Positions 11,337 through 23,829 of a stretch of DNA of 64,000 bases are shown piece by piece. Under the pieces are notes generated by a model. The model did not search any database, was not told the origin of the DNA, and saw only the letters and a list, made by a program, of their open reading frames with translations. This stretch comes from Callorhinchus milii. Its lineage: Eukaryota. Position numbers and translations under genes: made by a program. Numbering within the stretch: position 1 is the first letter of the stretch; each line of letters begins with the position of its first letter. The DNA is taken from contig NW_024704743.1 of the NCBI RefSeq assembly GCF_018977255.1, positions 62,250,001 to 62,314,000 on the forward strand, read 5' to 3'.

Positions 11337-12881
11337 AACAACAACAACAACCAGAAGATTACATTTGTATAGCGCCTTTCATGTCGGGAGGACGTCCCAA
11401 GGCGCTAGACAGTGTACAGCATTTCAGACCCAAGCTGGGGTCGGGGGGGGAGAAGGGAGGGGAGGAGAAGGGGGGTGGCCAATGGCATGGTCGAAGAGGA
11501 GGGTTTTGAGGCGGGACTTGAAGAGGCTAAGGAGGGGGTGAGGCGGAGTGATTGGGGGATGGAATTCCAGAGGTTGGGGGCAGAGTGGCTGAAATCTCTC
11601 CCACCAATGGTGGGGCAGGTGGGTCGGGGGACGTGGAGCAGGCCGGAGCCGGGTGAGCGGAGGGAGTGGGCGGGTTGGTAGGGGGTTAGGAGGTTACAGA
11701 GGTAGGGTGGGGTGAGGCCATGGAGGGCTTTGTAGGATCTTGAACTGGATCCTCTGAAGCATAACGAGCCAGTGGAGTCGGATGAGAATGGGGGAGATGG
11801 GTCATGGAGTTTGGTGCGGGAGAGGACACGGGCTGCAGAGTTCTGGATTATCTGCAGCCTGTGGAGGGAGGAGTTGGGAAGGCCGACAAGCAGGGCATTT
11901 GTATAGTCGAGCCTGGAGGTGATGAAGGCATGAACAAGAGTTTCAGCGGCCTGAGGGGTGAGATAGTGGTGGAGTCGGGCGATGTTATGGAGGTGAGAGA
12001 AGGCAGAGCGGGTCATGGCTTGGATGTGGGGAAGAAAGACAGTTGAGGGTTGAACAAGACACCTAGGTTCCTGACTGGCTGGTGAGTTGACGTGTGCAAC
12101 CATAGAGGTTGATGCTGCCAGAGCCTGAGGTGCAGAGGCGCTGGCGCGAGCCAATCAGGAGGGCCTCAGTCTTGTTCACATTCAACTAGGAAATTTGCCC
12201 TCATCCAGGACTTGATGTCCGACAGGCAGTCTGTCAGGACTGTGGTCCTGGAGTTGAGGATGGAGGCAGAAAGATAGAGTTGGGGGTCATCCACATACAT
12301 ATGGAAGTTGACCCCATGTCTGCGGATGATGTCACCAAGGGGGAGCATGTAGATATTAAAGAGGAGAGGGCCAAGGACAGAGCCCTGGGGGACCCCAGAC
12401 ATCACAGTGCGGGGGCTGGAGGAGAAACCGTTAGAGGCAACAAAGTGGAGACAGTGAGAGAAATGGGAGTTGAACCAGGCAAGGGCAGGTCCGTGAAGAT
12501 TAAGTAAAGAGGAGAGGCGGTGTATGAGGATGGAGTGGTTGACAGTGTCGAAGGTGGCAGAGAGGTCGAGGAGGACAAAGAGGCAGAGGGAGCCCTGATC
12601 ACAGTTGTTCAGAATATCATCAGTGACGTTGACCAGGGCTGTTTCCGTGCTGTGGGCAGTGCGGAAGTCGGATTGGAGGGGTTCAAAGAGGGAATGGCGA
12701 GAGAGAAAGGAGCGGAGCTGGGACACGACGCCTCGTTCCAGGACCTTGGAGAGGAATGGGAGGTTAGAGATGGGGCAGTAGCTGGAGAGGAGGGATAGGT
12801 CCAGGGAAGGTTTTTTCAGGATGGGGGTGATGACGGCTATTTTTAGAGTGGTAGGAACCGGTGGACAAGGAGAGGTTGATG
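11337..12881 (-). mobile_element. L2 LINE, 5'-truncated, with frameshifted reverse transcriptase and intact 3' end
   Basis: ORFs 12166-12924 (PISNLPFLSKVLE, HSTETAL, GVPQGSVLGPLLF, YVDDPQLY) and 11405-12154 (LVHAFITSRLDYTNALL); 3' stem-loop and (TTG)n tail at ~11337-11410. Confidence 0.95.
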
Positions 12882-13340
12882 ACACTGTAAGAAGTACATA
12901 GCAGTGATGGAAAGAGTGCAGCATAGGTTACTAAGATGATATCAGGGCTGGCAGGTTACTGCTGTCAGGATAGACTGGATAGGTTGGGCCTTTTTTTGTT
13001 AGAGAAGAGACATTTAAGGGGGGAACTTAATAGAAGTGTTTAAAGTTATAAAAAGGTTTGATAAGGTTATCATAAATAGTCTGTTTCCACTGGTTGGGAA
13101 GTCCATAACCAGGGGACACAAGTATAAGATAACGGGGATGAAAAAAATAATTTAGGAGGAATGTCGTCATGCAGTCAGATTGTGGAACTCGCTGCCTGAA
13201 ATGGTGGTTGAATCATATACTATAGATGCATTCAAGAAGAAACTAGACCTTCATATGAGGGAGGGAATAAAGGAATGGGTAAACACTGGTATGGACTGCT
13301 TGGGCCAAATGGCCTGTTTCCATACCGTTCTTTGTAAATC
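12882..13340 (+). mobile_element. CR1 LINE, right part through the 3' end
   Basis: Resumes the CR1 frame (HCKKYIAVMERVQHR), later WNSLPEMVVESYTIDAFKKKLD, then gggccaaatggcctgtttc in the 3'UTR. Confidence 0.9.
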
Positions 13341-13511
13341 TTCCCCTCTTCTGCTTGGAGCAGGTACCAAGAGTGTTAAAGAGGGTGTGTGGGTGAACAA
13401 CCTCATCCAAGGCTAACTTCAATATCTCTGGGAACCAGTCACTCAGAAAGGGAACCTATGGCTGGTTTTCCCATGTCCCTGTCTGTATGAAGCACCTAGG
13501 CTCCACTCAGT

Positions 13512-14870
13512 GTTCCAGAGGTTTGGAGCATAGTGGCTGAAAGCACAACCTCCGATGGTGGGGCAGAGGGTGCAACGGACGAGCAGGGGGCCAGTGCCAG
13601 TTGAGCGAAGGTGCAGGTTGGTGGATTGGGTAGTGAGGAGGTTGGAGAGGTAGGGAGGTGCCAGAGAGTGAATGGATTTGAGCACGAGTGTGAGGATCTT
13701 GAAGTCGATCTGTTTGGTGATGGGGAGCCAGTGGAGCCTGGCCAGAACTGGTGAGATGTGGGTATGGAGTTTGGTCTGTATGCGGGCGGCAAAGTTTTGA
13801 ATGAGCTGGATCTTGTGAATGGTGGAGCTGAGGAGACCAGTGAGGAGTGCGTTGGAGTAATCCAAGCGGGACGTGACAAATGCATGCATGTGGGTTTCGG
13901 CAACATTTGGGGTAAGGTACAGTCAGAGGCGGGCAATGTGACAGAGGTGGAAGAAAGCAGTCCTGGTCAGGGATCGGATGTGAGGGAGGAAGGACAGATG
14001 GTGGTCGAACCGGACGCCTGGATTGCGCACTGGTTCGGTGAGTCTGAGAGAGAGCCCAGGGAGGTTGAGGAGTTTAGATCCACAGGAGTGAAGACGTTGA
14101 CGCGAGTCAAGGAGTATGGCTTCCATCTTGACCATATTCAGCTGCAGGAAGTTTACATTCATCCAGGCCCTGATGTTTGCCAGACAAGCTGATAGAACAT
14201 CAGCAAACCTGGAGTTGGTACTGGAGGAGGCAAAGTAGACTTGTGTCTCATCCACATGCATGTGAAAGTTTACCCCGTGTCTGCAAATGATATCGCCCAG
14301 AGGGAGTATATGGATAAGGAAAAAAAGAGGATGGAGCCCTGGGGTACCCCATATGTGACTAGGTGGGGGCAGGAGGAGGCAGGAGGAGAAAACATTTTCT
14401 GAGATGAAACGGAGGCAGTTGGTTAAGTAGGAATTGAACCATGCGAGTGCAGGCCCACTGAGGTGGATGAAGGAGGAGAGGCAATAGAGGAGGATGGTGT
14501 GGTTGACAGTGTCGAACACGGGAGAGAAATCCAGGAGGACGAGGAGGTAGAGGGAGCCCTGGTCACAGATAGAGAGGATGTCGCTTATGACTTGGACAAG
14601 CGCTGTCTTGGACCTGGAGAGATGTAACCGAAGTTGACCTGCAACAGTGCATTCCAGGACTTTGGCAAGGAAGGGTAGGTTGGACATGGGATGGCAGTGT
14701 GAGAGATTAGAGGGATCAAGGGTGGGTTTTTTGAGGAAAGCTGTGATAGCAATGGTTTCAGAGGGAGTGAAACAGAGCCTGAGGAGAGAGACTGGTTGAC
14801 CGTGTCGGCCAGCAGGTGGGAGACAAGGGGGAGTTCAGTGACCAGCAGCTGGGTGGGGAGGAGTTCAAGG
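13512..14870 (-). mobile_element. L2 LINE internal fragment (decayed reverse transcriptase)
   Basis: ORFs 13923-14687 (SNLPFLAKVLE, LLDFSPVFDTVNH, HVDETQVY) and 13443-13889 (HAFVTSRLDYSNALL, LHWLPI). Confidence 0.93.
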
Positions 14871-15654
14871 TAGCATTACATCCTCGCAGCGGGATTCAGT
14901 GATACAGGAGATCGAAAGGCACCTCTCCACTACTGTCATTGCTGTTCCGCACCACTACATTGCCAAAAGGATAAATTATTTGGAATAGAAAACAATCCCC
15001 CAAGACTTTAGTTCCCCCTTTAACAATTAACTAAATCTATGTTTAAATTGCATTTTGCTGTATTTCCTGAACAAGCCCCGGGACTGATTTATTGAATGTA
15101 ACAGCTTCTGTTTAAATTAAGTATTGAGGTATATAATGAGGAATCTTACCTGCTCCAATCACATCTGAGTGTCGTGCAGCCCACTTAATCTTCAATCCTG
15201 ATTCTTCAATTAATCTTGATTCAATGGTGCATTCATAATTCAGTCAGATAAATTTCCTATCTTGTGCTCAATTTCTCAGAGGTTTTTTTTTATCATTGTA
15301 AATGAAGCAGGATTTTCTAATCTGCACAACCAGTGGTTACAAAAAGATGAATAATAATTCTCTGCGTCATCGACATTAATTAACCTTCACTTTGTTTCAT
15401 TTATTTCCCCGAAGTCACAGACTGAAAGCAACAAAACTGTTCATGGTCTCTTCCAATCCCTTGTGTGTTCTTCTCAAATCTGAATAACTGCAGGTACTCA
15501 GAATCTTATTAGGTTAGGAGGTCACATAATGTTTATTACAGCACAGCACCTTTCAATAAAAGAATGACTCAAAGTGATTGATAAATGGTGCTGGGTGCTG
15601 ACCAGGGAAATGAGACATTTCATGATGTCAGCGAGAAGCAATAAATAAATATTA

Positions 15655-15795
15655 TAAGATGTGATTTATCCACTGTTTCACATGTGACAACACACCCCAC
15701 TGTTTCACATGTATCCCCTCTAGTGTTCTAGTGTTTAACATGTGACGACATGTAATTCCCCACTACCAATATTTCACATGTGACCCACACATGAT
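15655..15795. repeat. Degenerate tandem repeat rich in ACATGT / TCACATGTGA
   Basis: ccactgtttcacatgt occurs twice, with further degenerate units; five ACATGT in ~110 bp. Confidence 0.75.
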
Positions 15796-15968
15796 GGGAG
15801 AGAAGGAAGACTCTTCCATGAGGTCTTGGGGGGGAGTAAATGTTTTTATTTTATTTACATCATCAATAGGTTGTAGTCCGTCCCATCCCCCCTCAATGTT
15901 TTGCTAACAAAAACAACAAATTATATTTGTATAGAGCCTTTCACGTTGGGAGGACGTCCCAAGGCCCT

Positions 15969-16298
15969 TGTGGAGTCCTGTAGCTCAGTGGTTAGAGCAC
16001 TCGCTTTGCAAGTGTGAGACCTGAGTTCAATTCCAGGCAGAGGGCGAAACCTCGGGCAAGTTTCCTTACTCCACACAGAGCCTAATAATAATCCCTTCAA
16101 AACAATAATAAATTGGTCATTTTCAATCTACGACTGTTTGTGGGACATTGCTGTGCGCAATTGGCTGCCGCGTTCGCCCACAAATATAGTCAATTCACTT
16201 TACAGTACATTCTGTGAAACGCTTTGGGACGTCTAGAAGACATGAAAAGCGCTATATCAAATGCAAGGATTATTATTATTATTATTATTATTGTTATT
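15969..16298 (+). mobile_element. tRNA-derived SINE, short form, full length, with 8-bp target-site duplication
   Basis: A box TAGCTCAGTGG, B box GAGTTCAATTCC, tRNA-Ala-like TTTGCAA loop and (ATT)n tail; flanked by aaggccct at 15961-15968 and 16299-16306. Confidence 0.96.
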
Positions 16299-17027
16299 AA
16301 GGCCCTGGAAGCTGGAAAGCTGCTAAGGATACCTTGTATATATGCTGTCCCCTGCGTCTCAATCGCTGACTTTCTTGATTTGATGACATGAAGCCAATGA
16401 TCGTAGTGGTGTCATGACACGATAAAAGCATGAAAAACATGGATGATGAGAAAGAAATTGCTGATTGGCTGATCGGCATGTATCTTCTTTTAATCTGTTT
16501 TTGCAACTTTTAGTAATATAAAAGCTCAGCATAATGATTGTCTGAAGTATATGGTTATATACACGTTAATTTAGTGCTATAGACATTGGTGGGCTGGGAG
16601 GGGGAATACAATTAACTCAGAGGAGGGTGAAACTATTTTTAAAACCGTTTGTGAAATCCTCCCACATTACAACGTCAATTTGCAGCTGTACCAGTGGCAG
16701 CACTCCCAGACAGGGAACGCTTCTGTCGTAGTGCATCATTTGGTAGGAGTCAGATCTAACCACTTTAGGGAAAAACAGAATTGCCACTACTCTAAAGAGT
16801 TCACATTCTTCCAGGAAACCTGAACAAAAATTTGATATCAGTACATGCTCCTATCTTGATTCTTCTAACATTGTGGAAAGGACAGCTTTAACACCAGTAT
16901 TTAGTTTTGACTGAGCTTGCAGCAGATTGGAAGCAGTGGCCAGTGTTAAAGATATAGAGGAGATTAATAAAAAGGCAGCTGGACATTAAAATAATATTTT
17001 AGAAACATGAGAATCTGTGACAAAGAA

Positions 17028-17455
17028 TAATAATAACGATAATAATCCTTGCATTTGACATAATAGCCTTATCATGTCGTTGAGACGTGCTAGGGCAAGG
17101 GACATGAAGTGCTTCATAGGATTGACTGTGTATTTTGTGGGCGAAATGCAGCAGACAGTTGCGCACAGAAATATCCCACAGCAGACGTGAAGTGAAGAAC
17201 CAATTTTATTAAAGGGATTGTTAGCCAGGACACTGGAAAAACTCCCTTCTCTTTTTGAATAGTGCCATGAGATCTTTAACATTCACCTGAGCAGGAAGAC
17301 AGGACTTTGGTTTAACATCTTACCTGAAAGACAGTACCTCCAACAATGCAGCACACCACCAGCACGGCATTGGGATGTCAGCTTAGTCTATGTGATTCCA
17401 AGTCCTGACACTGGAACCCACAATCTTTTGATTCAGAGGCGAGAGTACCACCATG
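17028..17455 (-). mobile_element. DeuSINE, near full length
   Basis: Tail, Deu domain (gccaggacactggaaaaactcccttctc) and head (acccacaatcttttgattcagaggcgagag) in reverse orientation. Confidence 0.87.
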
Positions 17456-17689
17456 ATGCCAATATACTCTATAAGCTTCTTTCCAAGTCATCGCTTTTCA
17501 AGGCTGACTTCATACCTGACATCATACCCTACATTCCTGGTCGCTCCCTTCTCTCAGTGGGCATCAGCTGCTTCATGTCCCTTGCCCTATCCACCCCATC
17601 CTCAGTGAGCCTTTCTGCCTCCACTCTTTGGAACTCCTTTGAGAACCTCCCACTTGCTCTCTCTTAAGGTTTATCTCAAGACATACATT

Positions 17690-17868
17690 AGAATACATTA
17701 GAATATACAGCACAGAAACAGGCCATTCGGCCCAACTGGTCTTTGGGTCGTTTATGCTCCACATGAGCCTCCTCTTGCCTTTCCTCAGCTAAGCCTTCAA
17801 GCATAACCTTCTATTCCTTTCCCCCTCATGTACCTATCTAGCTTCCCCTTAAATACATCTATGCTATG
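17690..17868 (-). mobile_element. CR1 3' end fragment
   Basis: cagcacagaaacaggccattcggccc...acctatctagcttccccttaaatac. Confidence 0.8.
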
Positions 17869-19681
17869 AAGACCTACTTCTTTGACTGCACTTTCAGTCA
17901 TCTGTCCCCTCCTCAACTCCCCCCAGCCCCCCAGCTCCGAATCCCCAACTCGGGTGACATGCTAGTATTGCTAAGTACCTTGGGACAGCCTCCCAACATG
18001 AAATGTACTAAATAAATGTAAATTTGTTTTGTATTGAACTGTATCTCACTAATACTGGAGTTCAGTTGATTTCTCTCCTTTGCATTGCATCTAGGCCATG
18101 GGGAGGTCACAGCAACTAGTCAAGTACATAGTATTGCAGGTGCAGCCTGCCACAGAACAGTTGATCTGAACTAATCAAACTCACAGCTAAATCCAAACCT
18201 AAACCTCTTGTTGTTTTGGATTGCTGATATCCCATTACAGGGAATTTGTTGTTGCAAGAAATGTGTATCCAGAGCTATCAGCTCCTGTTAAATATAGATT
18301 TTCACCTCAGAGCCGCACTGTTTTGCAAGGGTGTTTCTGCTGTATGTATTGTAGACAAGATCACATTATGGGAATCAGAGCTCTCTTATTTCAAAACCTC
18401 AATTATTAATGTTTTTTTTCATTGTCTGGTTAAGGTCTGTACTTTGGCTGGTGTGGCAGAACAAAAGCATTGATTTTTCATTTATCGCCTTCTCCCAATT
18501 GTTATTGTTTCACTTCTTTTCACGTATTATCGCAGTGATTTATTTCATGGTGATCTTGCTCATAACTCAGACTGAGTGCCCAGAGATCGTTTTTATTGAT
18601 TCGTTTTAAATCTAAGGGTGTGTTCTGAGATTGACAAATGGATCATTGAGAAGGATTACTACATGTCCTTCCCACACACATAACTTGAATTATTTGCTAC
18701 TCTGGGATTTCAAGAATGCCAAAAGCATATTTCCAACACAGCTCTCTTTCTCTCTACCTCCAGTCTAGCTCACTGGCATTTCACATATTGCCTCATATAA
18801 CTTTCTGCTATTTGCTGTACTGCCAGCTACTGATTTACATAACAATACTCATTTAATCTGTAACCACTGCACAATCCATAGTTAGGTTTGTGATAATAAC
18901 CCACATTTCAATTTGCAATGATCATTTTATTCTGGCATAAAATAATATTTCATAACAGTATGACATTTTGTGAACAATAGGCATACAATTCATTATGAAT
19001 GTTTGGCAAAATTAATAAAGCAATTATCGGGGGAGTTAAGAAACAAAGCAACACTCAGAGCCAGTCCTGCTGCATTGCAAATTTTATGTGTGTGAGCAGT
19101 CAGTAAAATCTTGGGCTGTGAATCTTTCATGCTCTGTGCACAGTATTTTGCGTGAGGAAATTGATAGCATCAGATTAGGAAAATATATAGGCATCATCAA
19201 CCAAAAAACATTCTCAGCAATTAACCTCACTCTATCCTTAGAACTACATGTTCTATTATTTACTTCTCTCCTTCATTCTCACTGTTACTCCTCTCCTCCA
19301 TTCTCACTCAATTACTGGGAGCCCAATCTGAAACGTTGAGAGAGCACAGGTTCCTAATTTAATCCTCAATGAGGACAACATATAACTGGTGACAACATAA
19401 TTTTGCAAAACATTGAAAAGAGAACTTGAGTAACTGAGTGAGAATGGAGGAGTGGAATAACTGAGCGCAGGGATAACAATACATTGAGGCAATTGAACAG
19501 AGAAACAGTAGCACTATTAGATCTGGATGGTATTTTTATCTTTCTTGGGTTAGAACCAGGAATATGCAGATTTATCATTGATTCTAAGAGTAATTATTTC
19601 ACCAGGGCTTCCAGGTATAACCACAATGATGGCATGAAAGAAGAGTTTGATTCAAATATATTTTTAAAAATCTGCTTCACA

Positions 19682-19890
19682 TCAACAACAACCTGGATTT
19701 ATATAGCGCGTAGTGGCTGAAGGCACGGCCGCCGATGGTGGAGCGGAGGATTCGGGGGACAAGGAGGAGGCCAGACTCGGTGGACCGAAGGCAACGGGCA
19801 CTGTTGTGAGGAGAGAGGAGGTCAGAGAAGTAGGGGGGTGCAGAGGAGTGGAGGGATTTGAAGATGAGTGAGGATTTTGAAGTCGAGATC
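19682..19890 (-). mobile_element. L2 3' fragment with internal deletion
   Basis: (CAA)n tail; gtagtggctgaaggcacggccgccgatggtgg matches the L2 copy near 11580. Confidence 0.8.
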
Positions 19891-20559
19891 TATCGCTGAA
19901 ATAGATCTCAGAACACCACCCACCCTTTCTCATTCTATAAGCCGGAATGAAAATGTTATACCTGTTCAGTCAAATAAAGAGAAAGGTGGAATGCTTAAGG
20001 TAGATGAGATGGATAAACATTTTTTTTCTTCTTACAGATCAGTTCTTCAGCACAGCACATTCATGGGCATCTTTTCATTAGAGACCAGAGTCGAACATAA
20101 CCCAGAAATACAGGCTCTGTGTAACTGGGGATCACAGAATTAATGGGCTGGAATTGTCGTTGGCATTACACATGGCACTTTTGTCGATGAGAGATTATAA
20201 TGGGGAAATCTCATTAGCATCTGGCATTGCAAATTACTCTATTCAGCCCATAGAGGAGCATGGTCAGCTTCACAGGAGTTTAGCTGCATCACAAGTCTTC
20301 ACATTGGTGATTAATGACTATAATCAGGAGTCTTGATATAGTAGTGAAATTGTGATACTGCGCACAAAATTATCTTAAAACAGGAAAGAAGATATCCATA
20401 AATAGAAAGCTTTCCGTCTGGAAATAGGTTAAAATCCCAGAGATCTGTCAAGGAATTTATAAATATACACAGGTTCCAATTGTGATATTTCTAAGCACAT
20501 TCTGCTCCTTAATTATCACCAGTGGACAAAATAATAATAATAATTTCACGAACAAAATG

Positions 20560-20950
20560 ATATTTATCGTCCATCCCTGGTGGCGATGAGAAGGTGGTGG
20601 TAATACCTTCTCTTTAACCTCCTGCAGTGCTTGTGGCAATAGTGTTGGGTAGGGAAGTCCAGGATGTTGACCCATCAATGATGAAGGAACAATTGCAAAT
20701 GTCCACATGAGGATGATGATGGTGAATGACTTGGAGGAGAACCTGGAGGTGGTGGTGTTCCCCTGATACCACTGATCATGTTTTGGAGGGTGGTCACAAG
20801 GCGGGGAGGTGCTGAGGTGTTGAAGCAAGGTTGGTAAGTCATTGCAAAGCATTCTGTAGATAGTGCAGCCAGCGTATCAGTGAGAGAGGGAATGAATCTT
20901 GACTTGAGTGGCCAGGGTGCCCATCAGACAAATTACTTTCTCCTCGATCG
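20560..20950 (-). mobile_element. LINE (CR1-group) 3' fragment of a different family
   Basis: gagaaggtggtgg...gtccaggatgttgaccca...gacttggaggagaacctggaggtggtggtgttccc resembles a recalled shark LINE 3' end. Confidence 0.6.
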
Positions 20951-23829
20951 TGTTCAGTTTCTCAACGTTGATCTATCTAAAAGAGATGGGCTTGTCAGGT
21001 CTCATGACCTCGCCTTGTTCCTAAATATTCTTATCACAGGATTATCTGTATCATATGCTTCCTCACAAACTGCATTAAGCACCACTTCATGATTGAACAG
21101 CAGGAAATACAATTCAAGCAGGATAGAAAACAGACAATATCAGTTTTATCTCCCCCAAGACTAACCATATGTCAGTTTCCTTGTTACGCTCCATTGAACC
21201 AACAAAACTCATCTGCTTGAGATAGGCAGATTCCAGTAGCTGGCAGACCCTTAAAGAAAGTACTCCATCACTACACAGGTGGCTGTGTAACCAAGGTGAC
21301 CTGAGGGGAGGTTTCATTGTCAATCACTGTTGTCAAATCTCTGGAGATTCTGTATTATCTTCTCTTCACATTTCCAGAGGGTAACATTTAAGTGCTGATA
21401 AATATTCCTATGAGTTTTTTTACATCTAGTATGTTTGACATTTTTGCAGTTCACAGACCAGAAGTGCAGTGGAACAATTCCTCTCCTGTAATCCATCACA
21501 GTTGCTTAATCATCCAGTACATGCCTTTGCTATTACACAGTTGCTCTAGAATGCTCCTAAAAGCCCTAAAATTGCAAAATAATATAGAATTAATGTTTGA
21601 TTGTTCTGCTGCATCGGAAACTGGCGCAGGAAAGATCTTGATTATAAATGAATGAGTTATGTAATGCAAAACATAAATAATATGGATACCCAAGTTTTAT
21701 TAATTCATTATTTTTATAAATACAAATACATCTGTTATGTTGACTGACATCGATAGAACTATGAATAGCTAAACATTATTGGCTAGAAAAGAACACAATA
21801 TCAATCTAATGCATTTCTTCTCAACAAGACCACTATCTGTTGAAACCTTTACTGTTGAAATATCTGCTGAATGTGGCACAGCTGGAAAAATAGATATTTT
21901 TTATCAGACCAGTTGGCAGAATCTTCCTTTTACAATTAATTTCTTTCAATCCCGAGACATTATGCATTGAACAAACATTAATTTTTATACTTTAATTGTT
22001 TTGTGTTCCTCTTCAAGGGTTTTTAACCTGACAAATCAAATTAGACAAGTGTAATCTCTGATCACAAATTTCGTTGTGGAGACAGATCATTCTGAGCTCC
22101 ACAAAACAGGCACTAAAAGCTCATAGGAAAATAGGGTGCATAATTAACTTTAATTCTCCTCTAAACTCTCCAAACTAGGTCAGCCATGGTGATTCACGTA
22201 ATGATTAATGAATTAGTGAAAGGTCAGGTCAATAACATTGAAGGTAGACATGAGGTAGACATGACATGCATCTAGACATATATCAAACATAGTAAACCCT
22301 CCCAACAGTTATTGTAATATGGACAGGGCAATAGTATAGATTGATGTCTGCTAAGAACACCTCATCAGTTTGTGAAGAGATAAGAGTCAGAGCAACATAC
22401 AAAAGATGGAACGAGTAAAGGCCATTTGGTCTATCATGCTAACTCCATTCCACAAAGGATGAAACGCTTAGCCTGTCAATACCAAATGTAATGATGATTA
22501 TTATTAATAATACTATCCATTCTATCTTCCGAGGGAAGGTTCTGCAAATAAACTCCCTGATTCCCAAAGGTAAATAAGTAAAACTTCAGAGCCTCCTTCT
22601 GTAGCAATTTCTCTGCTATTTAACCATTGTCGCCTTCCACAGATCCTTTACTCTCCAACCAAACCTCATGGTCAACAGGACAAGAATCATTGTTCTAATC
22701 CACAAACTATCTGATTATCTCAGTCGACACTGACCCCCATAACCTTCAATCCTGTTCCCATCTCTTTCGAATGGAGAGCAGTAATTTCTGCCAAGCATGT
22801 CACTTTTTCTGTTCCTGATTCTCAGAGCGCTTTTTACTTGAATAGCTTGTAGGAAAAATATATCCTTCACCTTGCTGAGTACGCTAATGTATACTTAAGA
22901 TGTAAATATTCAGCTATCCTGTTTAAGATATTTTTAGTAACAATAAAACACATTTAATTGTATTCATTCATTCAGTTGAATGTTTGGGGAGGAGGCTTGA
23001 CCCTAACCCTGATCCAGAGCTCAGCTTCTGTTTCTATGTTGCTAATTTGGGTGAAGGTCTGAAGGGCAGGCAATGTGATTGTGAAAAGTTGTAGTGCTGA
23101 ATAAATTGCATCATATTACTAAAGATAGCTATATACGGCTTTAGTGAGTAGCAGAATTTTATAACTACAAAGCAGTAATATATTGAGGGAATCCTATAAT
23201 TTCAGAGGCCTGGAAATTCTCTTGGTTTTAACCTTAAAACCATTGAATTAAAATTTAGGGTAGTGCAACATTTTTATTTTTTTTAAATTCCGTCTTAATT
23301 TTAAAGCCGGTTTACCTCATTTCTTAAATGAACCCTGGAACATGTGATTGCCTGAAACATGCTCCATACTATCCTTTATATTAAGTCAAATCAAGGTTAT
23401 TTAAATAGGACAGCTGACACAAATACAATAAAGCAGAATCCAAGATGATTTTCAACTAACTTACATCAGGGTCCTGCATTAATAGCCCCGTTTGTATTAT
23501 AATATTGCCAGGATACACAGCTATGTTCACCGCCCTCTGATTGTCAGTGAAATTTCTAATATTAGAAAACACCTGACAAAATAATCTGTTTACTAATGTT
23601 TACTATCATTAGAAATTAAAAGGTGTTTCAGGGCCTCCAGCATTGTTCTCAAACCTTCCTATTAAAATTGGCTTTGTATTAACTGATAGCACTCTTGCCT
23701 CTGAGTCAGAAGGTTGTAGTTCAAGCTCCAAATTGGGACTTCAAGTGTATCTATTCTTAGATTCATGTGGTGTATAAACACTAATTGGGCCGAAAGGCCT
23801 GTTTCTGTATATAATCTAGGTACTACCTA

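Noticed and set aside
11436..11720. G-rich tracts with G-quadruplex potential
   Set aside because: They are the antisense of the C-rich L2 3' region and recur in the L2 copies; not locus-specific.
11405..14687. Long ORFs of ~250 aa as host genes
   Set aside because: They are frameshifted L2 reverse-transcriptase remnants with altered YADD motifs; the overlapping plus-strand ORFs are antisense shadows.
15972..16045. tRNA-Ala(TGC)-like sequence (also at ~5420-5492, ~26540-26608 and ~61538-61610)
   Set aside because: No proper acceptor stem, and each copy continues into the same SINE body and tail. These are SINE heads, not tRNA genes.
16333..16495. Minus-strand open segment with AG and GT boundaries
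   Set aside because: Weak polypyrimidine tract, unrecognised peptide and no partner exons.
23206..23637. Possible terminal inverted repeat pair (gaggcctggaaa / tttcagggcctc)
   Set aside because: Only ~12 bp with mismatches, and no TSD or second copy seen.
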